Shown here piece after piece: positions 9,338 to 16,068 of a DNA stretch of 64,000 nt. The position numbers and the translations under genes were made by a program. Positions within the stretch are counted from its first letter, which is position 1; every line of letters begins with the position of its first letter. Below the pieces are notes generated by a model. That model saw nothing but the letters and a program-made list of their open reading frames with translations. It searched no databases and was not told where the DNA came from. Origin of the DNA: a virus (Duplodnaviria; Caudoviricetes); IMG/VR virus record IMGVR_UViG_3300027374_000458, positions 1 to 64,000 of that record; one strand, written 5' to 3'.

Positions 9338-9365
9338 TTACAACATAACAGAAATTATGTGATAA
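9338..9365 (+). repeat. Tyrosine recombinase site, right copy, inverted, overlapping the recombinase stop codon
   Basis: Plus strand TTACAACATAA-CAGAAA-TTATGTGATAA; 9123-9149 and 9334-9360 match 26/27 as an inverted repeat. Confidence 0.75.
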
Positions 9366-10212
9366 TCAGTCCCAAACGCTCAATCTGGTGGGCGTGAACA
9401 GAACCACTCTCCATCGTGTAAATGCGAGTGGTGTTAATACTGGAATGGCCCAGAATATCAGCCAACCGGGAAATATCTTTTTCAATACCATAATATGTTA
9501 TAGCAAACAAGTGCCGGAGATTATGAGGGAAAACCTTATTAGCCTCAACACCGGCGCTTTCGCATAATGCTTTCATATCACGCCAGATATTAGAGCGATC
9601 CAGCGGATTACCATTCCGAGTGGTGAAAATCGCACCATCGGTTTTGTTCATTTCTTTGATGTATCTGGACAGAACTCTCTGCAATTTCTTTGGCAAAAAA
9701 ATGGTTCGACGTTTCCCCTTATTGTTAATCTCCGTGCGGCCAGTATGAACTGCCTCAACAGTTATAAACTGCAGTTCAGATACCCGGATACCTGTTGCGC
9801 ATATCGTTTGCACCACCAAAGCGAGACGCCGGTTTCCCGCACCTTCTGCGGCATGGACTAAACGCTTATATTCAGCATATGTCAATTCGCGGTTCTCATC
9901 GCGGAACAGTGGCTGCTGGATTTTTAAGGGTTTAACAGTTAAATCAGCCCACCCCATATATTTTAGAAATCCGTTGAGTGACGCCAAAACGGAATTGACA
10001 GTTGCAGTAGAATACTTATCGATTAGAGTGTTTTTCCACTCAATAAGAGTAGATTTAGTCAGTTCCTTACCGCCAAAATATGTAGCAGCTACTTTGAGAT
10101 CGTGGACATACTTTAAAACAGTAGCTGAACTTTTTTCATTTTCCTGCAAATGGGTCGAATAACTGACAATTTCTTCGTGAGTGAGTGCCCTTATGCCTTG
10201 TGTCATACGCAT
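9355..10212 (-). CDS. Tyrosine recombinase (Xer-like)
   Basis: TGIRVSEL (R), NKGKRR (K), HNLRH, LGHSSINTTRIY; RBS GGGAGG before the ATG at 10212. Confidence 0.93.
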   Translation of the reverse strand: MRMTQGIRALTHEEIVSYSTHLQENEKSSATVLKYVHDLKVAATYFGGKELTKSTLIEWKNTLIDKYSTATVNSVLASLNGFLKYMGWADLTVKPLKIQQPLFRDENRELTYAEYKRLVHAAEGAGNRRLALVVQTICATGIRVSELQFITVEAVHTGRTEINNKGKRRTIFLPKKLQRVLSRYIKEMNKTDGAIFTTRNGNPLDRSNIWRDMKALCESAGVEANKVFPHNLRHLFAITYYGIEKDISRLADILGHSSINTTRIYTMESGSVHAHQIERLGLIIT

Positions 10213-10222
10213 GGAAAAAGTC

Positions 10223-10270
10223 CTCCCTATATTCGATACACATAGCGCGCGCTGCATCGAATATAAGGAG
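10223..10270 (-). promoter_or_regulatory. Hairpin sequestering the recombinase RBS
   Basis: CUCCUUAUAUUCGAU pairs with AUCGAAUAUAGGGAG, which contains the SD sequence. Confidence 0.55.
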
Positions 10271-10374
10271 AACTATTGATATGCAAATGGCATTGTTTTA
10301 ATCAAACAGATAAGCAAAAGCAAAATAATAGAAATCCCGTCCAATACATTCCGGGCTTTATGTGTAATTACTAT

Positions 10375-10403
10375 ATTGTACCATGATTCCATATAAAATG
10401 CAA
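10375..10403 (-). promoter_or_regulatory. Sigma-A promoter for the tyrosine recombinase
   Basis: TTGCAT, 17 bp, TACAAT with TG extension. Confidence 0.65.
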
Positions 10404-10409
10404 ACCATT

Positions 10410-13235
10410 TCATAATCCGTATTTTCTCTTTAGGTGCTTGAAGAATTCATTGGCTTCCCTTATTGCAGCATTTGGCAACGGACGCTCTACAAGGTACTTT
10501 GGGAGCTCCAAACCAGATGTGTTTTCATGTTTCCGGCGAAAAACCACTTTCCTCTGTTCCAAGTCAAGATGCTGGATTTCATAGCTCTGCGACTCCCAGC
10601 AAAATGAGATTGGAGAATTGCTATGAACAGGTTCATCAAGGGATACCGTACCACCCACTGTCTCCATTGATGCCCTATCCGTCCAAAATGTTTCGCTTGT
10701 GCTTGCCTCTGTAGGCAATTCTTCCCCAAGCAGCTTCTCAATATCCTTAAAGCGAAATACAACAATATTTTTTTTGCAAAGGCGAAAGTATTCGCGTAAC
10801 CCATCATATGGCTGCTTCAAAATGGAAATTGGCTCTGATACTTTTTCGAGCTTTTCAAGAATCGGTATGGGTTCAGCCTCCGCTTCATCTTGAACAAACC
10901 CTGCACAGGCTGTATGGACATAAGCATATTTCAGGCTCTTATTTGGCGCCTTGGGGTTGACCTCAACTAAAGTAATATCCTGATCCATCAACATGCGCCG
11001 TTCACAATAAAAGCACCGGCCCTCCTGTCTTGTCCAGATACCTTTACGTTCTACGCCGCTCACCTTCTGGTTATCACGCCTACGTTTCAACTGCTCATAA
11101 TAAGTAATATCCAAATATGGCTGATAACCTGTCTTGATTGGAATATGCTGGGCGACATTCATGTCAGAAAGGAAAATAACAGAATGCGTTGGCGTATCCG
11201 GTAGAGCAAAAACATGACGTTCTTGAGAGTCTGTTACCCAATACTTATTTACCAGATGTCCCATCTGACGCGCAGGGTGAAGTTCCCTCACCTTTTCCAG
11301 CAAAAAGGTTTGAACGCTGCTGTCAATGGTGCGAAAAGCCTCCCGCGCATCTGTTACACGATGATAGTTTCCCCAACCGGCCAGTTTGCGGTTTAAGCCA
11401 TCAATCAATTTTAGCTGTGACCCCTTAAAGCCGGAGATATAGCGTTGCAGCCGCGCTTGGAAATTATCTACGGCTCTTTCCGATGGTTCAGATACCAGCA
11501 ATGCGCCATGGTACTTTCGCTGATACCATCGGGATAAAAACTCAAACCCTTCTTCAATATCCACAATGCTGCTTTTGCTCCAATTCAATTCCAGGCCGCG
11601 CACAGCAAGAAACTCTTGTATGACCTCCATAATGACTTGGGCGGATTCAAGGCTTCTTGCGGTAAAAATTAAGTCATCCGCAAATCTCACCATGGAGCCA
11701 TTGCCATAATCTATAGGCCCATTGCCGTAGAGACGATCAAATACGACACCCTGCAGTCCATCCAAGGTCATGTTTCCCAAAATTGGAGACAGCGATGCTC
11801 CCTGTGAAATTCCATACTCCAAAGGCGGAAACAATTCTCCATCGTAAATTGAGCCTGCGCTAAGCGTTTCAGCCAAAACTTTCTTATCAAGCGGGATATT
11901 TCTTATGAGCCAGTCATGGGATATCCTGTCGTAGCACTTCCTTACGTCAGCCCGGACAACAAAGCGTGGGGATCTGTCACCGCTGAAATTTCGCTGAATA
12001 TATGAGTGTGCATCAAAAATCGAACGCCCTTTCCGAAATGCGTAGGATTGCCTGTCGCCCAGTGATTCAGCAACCGGATCAACGGAATATGCGTAGAGCA
12101 CCTGCATGGCTTTATCATAGCAGACTGGGATATTGATCCCTCGCTCTTTCCCATCTGCATTTATGATAATTTTCCTGTATGGCTTTGCATGATACCCCTT
12201 CGAGGTGAGCGAAAGGGCCGCCTCCATTTTTTCTGCATCTGTAGTCCACTTCATACCGTCAATTCCCGGTTCGGAATCCTCTTTCACTACATGGCGAACA
12301 GCCAGAACCTTCGCCCACCGGGAGCGTACCAACACCTTTTGGACTTCTGTAACCTCGGACATGTTTCTGGCATATGTCAACCGGGAAATGCTTTGCTGGT
12401 ATTTCAGCAGCTCCCGTTCTGCACGTTCCCAGTCCATTTCCTGCCATTCTTGGGCCAATTCATTTTGTGATGTTATTCTTTGCGGCGCACGCTCTCGAAT
12501 GGTCAATTCAATCGGGCAGTGATCAGAGCCGAGCACATCCGTTAAGTGCCGGATATCACAAACATCATTTACAATATCCTTTGTGACGAGAAAATAATCC
12601 AATCGCCAGCCCCGGTTTTCCAATCGTTTGTTCAGGCGATTCGACCACCATGTATAGGCTCCCGTCCTCTTGGGATACCAGTTGCGGAATACATCGACAA
12701 AGCCTGCCTCCAATAGAGCTTCAAAGCCTTCCCGTTCCTCTGAACGAAATCCGGGAGGGCTTTCTTCATTACGCAAATTTTCCGGGTAGATGTCAATATA
12801 ATCTCGCGCAACATTGATATCGCCACAAAGTATGACCGGTTTGGGTAACTGCCGGAGGTAAAACAGCAGTTCCGAATCCCACTCCAAACGATACTCCAGC
12901 CGGTCTAAACTATGTTGTGAATTGGGAAAGTACGCATTGACCAGAAAAAAGCCAGGATATTCTAACGTCACAAGACGGCCCTCATCATCGAATTTTTCAA
13001 CGTCAAACCCATATCGGACAGAAAGTGGTTCAATCCTTGACAGTGTAAGCGTACCAGAGTATCCAGGCCGTTTTGCTGCATTCCAATATGCGTGAAATCC
13101 GGACAATTCAAAATCCGCCATGCCCTTTGTTTCCTGGAGGCAGATCACATCAGCATCCGCTTTTTCAAAAAAACGGACAGAATTATGTTTTATATATGCT
13201 CGCAACCCGTTAATATTCCAGGATATGATTTTCAT
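10410..13235 (-). CDS. ExoIII/AP endonuclease fused to a group II intron-type reverse transcriptase, maturase, degenerate HNH and C-terminal domain
   Basis: aa 1-250: SWNING, LQETK, NAYFPN, GDINVA, RLDYFL, GSDHCP. Then an RVT_N-like segment, PGIDG, GISQGASLSP, RFADD (11673-11684), GLELN..KS, LNRKLAGWGNYH and CFYC...HTAC. Confidence 0.95.
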   Translation of the reverse strand: MKIISWNINGLRAYIKHNSVRFFEKADADVICLQETKGMADFELSGFHAYWNAAKRPGYSGTLTLSRIEPLSVRYGFDVEKFDDEGRLVTLEYPGFFLVNAYFPNSQHSLDRLEYRLEWDSELLFYLRQLPKPVILCGDINVARDYIDIYPENLRNEESPPGFRSEEREGFEALLEAGFVDVFRNWYPKRTGAYTWWSNRLNKRLENRGWRLDYFLVTKDIVNDVCDIRHLTDVLGSDHCPIELTIRERAPQRITSQNELAQEWQEMDWERAERELLKYQQSISRLTYARNMSEVTEVQKVLVRSRWAKVLAVRHVVKEDSEPGIDGMKWTTDAEKMEAALSLTSKGYHAKPYRKIIINADGKERGINIPVCYDKAMQVLYAYSVDPVAESLGDRQSYAFRKGRSIFDAHSYIQRNFSGDRSPRFVVRADVRKCYDRISHDWLIRNIPLDKKVLAETLSAGSIYDGELFPPLEYGISQGASLSPILGNMTLDGLQGVVFDRLYGNGPIDYGNGSMVRFADDLIFTARSLESAQVIMEVIQEFLAVRGLELNWSKSSIVDIEEGFEFLSRWYQRKYHGALLVSEPSERAVDNFQARLQRYISGFKGSQLKLIDGLNRKLAGWGNYHRVTDAREAFRTIDSSVQTFLLEKVRELHPARQMGHLVNKYWVTDSQERHVFALPDTPTHSVIFLSDMNVAQHIPIKTGYQPYLDITYYEQLKRRRDNQKVSGVERKGIWTRQEGRCFYCERRMLMDQDITLVEVNPKAPNKSLKYAYVHTACAGFVQDEAEAEPIPILEKLEKVSEPISILKQPYDGLREYFRLCKKNIVVFRFKDIEKLLGEELPTEASTSETFWTDRASMETVGGTVSLDEPVHSNSPISFCWESQSYEIQHLDLEQRKVVFRRKHENTSGLELPKYLVERPLPNAAIREANEFFKHLKRKYGL

Positions 13236-13288
13236 GACAATACCTCCAGCTGCTGCCTAATTCGTATCTGTCTTTAATCACTTATCTC

Positions 13289-13297
13289 ATTATAACA
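13289..13297 (-). promoter_or_regulatory. Extended -10 promoter of the ExoIII-RT gene
   Basis: TGTTATAAT about 55 nt upstream of the ATG; RBS GGAGG. Confidence 0.6.
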
Positions 13298-13401
13298 TAT
13301 ACAAACTTTTCGCAAAATAAATTTGCATTTGTGCTGTGGCTCCACGAAAATACAACAGATTTGATAAAAACCGTCCCAATAATCTCGCTTGCGAATCCCC
13401 C

Positions 13402-13878
13402 TCAAATCGCAAGGTTTATAATTTTCAAGCCTTGTCCACGGGCATAATTTACAGTATATGCTGTACCGCCTTCTGATTTTGTCATATAGCAAACGCAGGT
13501 TCCGCTATGGTCTACCAGATGCCGGTTTCGTTTGAACATGCAGCCACGGGTATATTCCTGGGATGTATAGACAATTTTATCCGCCTGCGCTTTAATCCCC
13601 TCGTAGATCTCCTGATCCCTGCCGCTCCACTTCTGCGCCTGAGAAAGACAGGGAAGGACAAGGATCAGCTTAATTTGAGGAATTTCTTCACGCAGCTTGA
13701 GAACTACCTTTGATGAGACCGTATCGAATCCTAAAGCTCCGCCTGCTCCATAGTAAACAATCTTCTGCTCAACAAGCGTTCGGATCAGGGCTTCCAGCTT
13801 TTTCTCCAAAATCGAAATTTGCCCCTGTGGAATGTTCCTGTGACCTGTAAAACAGCAGGTCATGTCTCTCATTGTCAT
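13402..13878 (-). CDS. SLOG superfamily protein (DUF1273/YpsA-like)
   Basis: CCFTGHR, GGALGFD, IKLILVLPC, MFKRNRHLVD, GGTAYTVNYA. Confidence 0.85.
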   Translation of the reverse strand: MTMRDMTCCFTGHRNIPQGQISILEKKLEALIRTLVEQKIVYYGAGGALGFDTVSSKVVLKLREEIPQIKLILVLPCLSQAQKWSGRDQEIYEGIKAQADKIVYTSQEYTRGCMFKRNRHLVDHSGTCVCYMTKSEGGTAYTVNYARGQGLKIINLAI

Positions 13879-14001
13879 AGCCGCCTCCAAAATGTAATTT
13901 ATAAAATCGTTCTATTATACCACCATAGGGGAATAATAGCCACTATGAGGGATTACAAAAACCGCAAATTCGCTATATTCTTCCCCTATAGGGGAGGTGG
14001 T

Positions 14002-14349
14002 ATGATAATGGAGAATCCAAAAACAAAAAATGATGTTCTTGTCCAGATCGGACGTCGGCTTGCCAAAACGCGCACAGACAGAGGCTGTACCCAGGAACAA
14101 CTGGCAAATATGACCGGACTTTCCATCAAAATGATTTCCGCCGCCGAGAATGGACATAAGGCCATGCGGCCAGAAAATATCATAAAAATATGCGACAGTC
14201 TTTCAATTTCAGCAGATTACCTTCTGCGTGGAGAATCCCCCTTTCTCGGCGCTGTGATTGAACGCGAAAAAATCAACGCCCTGACGCAAAAGCAGCGAGA
14301 ATCGCTCTCAAAAATCATTACTGATTTTCTTTCCGCATTTGAAGCATGA
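14002..14349 (+). CDS. XRE-family HTH transcriptional regulator
   Basis: IGRRLAKTRTDRGCTQEQLANMTGLSIKMISAAENG...SADYLLRG. Confidence 0.9.
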   Translation: MIMENPKTKNDVLVQIGRRLAKTRTDRGCTQEQLANMTGLSIKMISAAENGHKAMRPENIIKICDSLSISADYLLRGESPFLGAVIEREKINALTQKQRESLSKIITDFLSAFEA

Positions 14350-14366
14350 GGTTCTGCATACCCATA

Positions 14367-14417
14367 AAAGCAGGGGCCAGACAAGAAAAAAACTGACCCC
14401 TGCTTTTGTTTTTTCAT
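14367..14417 (+). terminator. Rho-independent terminator
   Basis: AAAAGCAGGGG...CCCCTGCTTTT followed by a T tract. Confidence 0.7.
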
Positions 14418-14541
14418 ATCAATCGAGCAGATAGAGTAAGCTGTGATCCTGCATTTTCACAAAGCATACAGCAAAAGCGAGTTTTACAAGGATAATATAA
14501 TGTATTCGACAATAATATACAAAATGTGCGAATAATCTTCG

Positions 14542-14570
14542 TTGACATCCACTATATTATGTGGTATGGT
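14542..14570 (+). promoter_or_regulatory. Sigma-A promoter of the plus-strand arm
   Basis: TTGACA, 17 bp, TATGGT with TG extension. Confidence 0.65.
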
Positions 14571-14589
14571 TAATGTGTAATTGATTGTT

Positions 14590-14862
14590 TGTGCGTTCCT
14601 CACTGAAAGCGTGAGGCTGGGCCGGTGGTCTGGGAACGGGAGGCACCCGTATTGCACACGTTGTCAGGGTTGTACGTTATACCGGCAGGGTCGTTGCGCA
14701 GATAGGCGGACGATTGCCGGTGGATTTTATGGGGGCAGTCTGCCCCAACGCCTTTGGGCGGGAATGACAGTTTCTCTCCAGATTGGAGGGAGAAAGCGGT
14801 TTTGGAACCGCCAGTCTGTCATCCCGCTCTTTTTTTATGCTCAAACGCCGAAAGGTTTTGAG
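14590..14862 (+). ncRNA. Candidate multi-domain structured leader RNA containing a terminator-like three-way junction
   Basis: Stems TGTGC/GCACA, GTTCC/GGAAC, CCTCAC/GTGAGG, ACGGG/CCCGT, ACCGGCA/TGCCGGT, GGGGCA/TGCCCC, GCGGG..ATGACAG/CTGTCAT-CCCGC followed by a T7 tract, and a GAAA hairpin at 14840-14862. Confidence 0.55.
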
Positions 14863-14890
14863 AAATACATTTTTGAAAGGAGCACATGAC

Positions 14891-15073
14891 ATGACGAAGA
14901 AGTGGAAGCACAAGAGGAATCCCAAGCCCCGCAGCGGCCCTACCAGAGGCAAGTACCGCCAGATGTGGAAGGTCCAGATCAGGGACATGATTCCCGGAGA
15001 GGAGGAAACGCAGTGTGAACAAGTCGTACCAGCCTTTGGTACTGGCGGATACCGCCAATCTCGCGCGGCCTGA
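14891..15073 (+). CDS. Possible small basic peptide overlapping the yqaJ start
   Basis: Strong RBS GAAAGGAG; 60 aa; overlaps the next gene by 59 nt. Confidence 0.35.
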   Translation: MTKKWKHKRNPKPRSGPTRGKYRQMWKVQIRDMIPGEEETQCEQVVPAFGTGGYRQSRAA

Positions 15074-16049
15074 CTGGCTGACTCTGCGCCGGAGAGGTCT
15101 TGGTGGCAGCGATGCGGCGGCAGTTCTAAGCATCTCGCCCTTTCGGACGGCCCGGGATCTGTACTACGACAAACTCGGTATTGTCACGGCAGACGATCAA
15201 GCCAACTGGGTCGCATTGGAGGTCGGCAATCTGCTGGAACCTTTGGTTGCCCGTATCTTTGAGGCAAAGACTGGTCTGAAGGTCTACCAGCGGAAATGTA
15301 TGTTCCAGCACCCGCTCTACCCCTGGATGCTGGCGGATCTGGACTACCTAGTAGATTTACCGGACGGAACTACGGCCATCGTGGAAATCAAGACCACCAA
15401 CTATAACGCAAAGGACAAATGGTGGTACAACGGAGCAGAAATCGTACCAGTGTACTATGAAACCCAAGGCCGGCATTATATGGCGGTCATGAATCTGAAC
15501 CGCGTCTACTACTGCTGTCTTTATGGCAACAATGAAGACGAGGCTATTGTCCGGCATATTGACCGGGACATGGCCTACGAGGCGGAGCTGATTGCGTTGG
15601 AACATGATTTTTGGCACGAGAATGTACTGGCGCATGTCCCGCCCCCCTATACAGAGGACGGCGACCTTATTCTGGAGAGCCTGCGGCGGTCATTAGGCCC
15701 ATCGGATGCGGACGAACCACCGGTGGAGTTTTCAAAAACGCAGTCTGACCGAATCGCCCGGTATCTGGAGCTTCAAGAGGAAAAGAAACGGTACGACAGC
15801 GATACGAAAGCGGTCGATGCAGAAATGCAGCGTCTGAAAGCCCTCATCGTTGCCGACATGGGCCACAGCAGCACCGCAATTTGTGAAGATGGCTGCACCG
15901 TGAGCTGGAAGCCGGTTCGTAAAGTCGGAATATCCAAACACGACTTGGAACGTCTGAAAGAGGTGCATCCCGAAATTTACGCAGAGTACGCATCAGTCTC
16001 CGAAAGCCGGCGCTTCAATATCAAGCTGCCCAAGCCAGAGGCTGCGTAA
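15015..16049 (+). CDS. YqaJ/lambda-exonuclease-family viral recombinase
   Basis: WLTLRRRGLGGSDAAA, GNLLEP, MLADLD, EIKT, QGRHYM. Confidence 0.92.
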   Translation: MNKSYQPLVLADTANLARPDWLTLRRRGLGGSDAAAVLSISPFRTARDLYYDKLGIVTADDQANWVALEVGNLLEPLVARIFEAKTGLKVYQRKCMFQHPLYPWMLADLDYLVDLPDGTTAIVEIKTTNYNAKDKWWYNGAEIVPVYYETQGRHYMAVMNLNRVYYCCLYGNNEDEAIVRHIDRDMAYEAELIALEHDFWHENVLAHVPPPYTEDGDLILESLRRSLGPSDADEPPVEFSKTQSDRIARYLELQEEKKRYDSDTKAVDAEMQRLKALIVADMGHSSTAICEDGCTVSWKPVRKVGISKHDLERLKEVHPEIYAEYASVSESRRFNIKLPKPEAA

Positions 16050-16068
16050 AAGCAAGGAGGAAAACGCT

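Noticed and set aside
10271-13400. Intact group II intron around the RT
   Set aside because: No DV/DVI downstream, no room for DI-III upstream, and the gene has its own promoter and RBS.
9000-14500. DGR or retron
   Set aside because: The RT is group II-type with maturase. I saw no TR/VR pair with adenine-specific mismatches, no Avd and no retron VTG motif. A systematic repeat search was not run.
14528-14565. LexA (Cheo) box or dif site at the arm promoter
   Set aside because: CGAA..TTCG spacing is 13 bp rather than 14, and only TATATTATGT matches dif.
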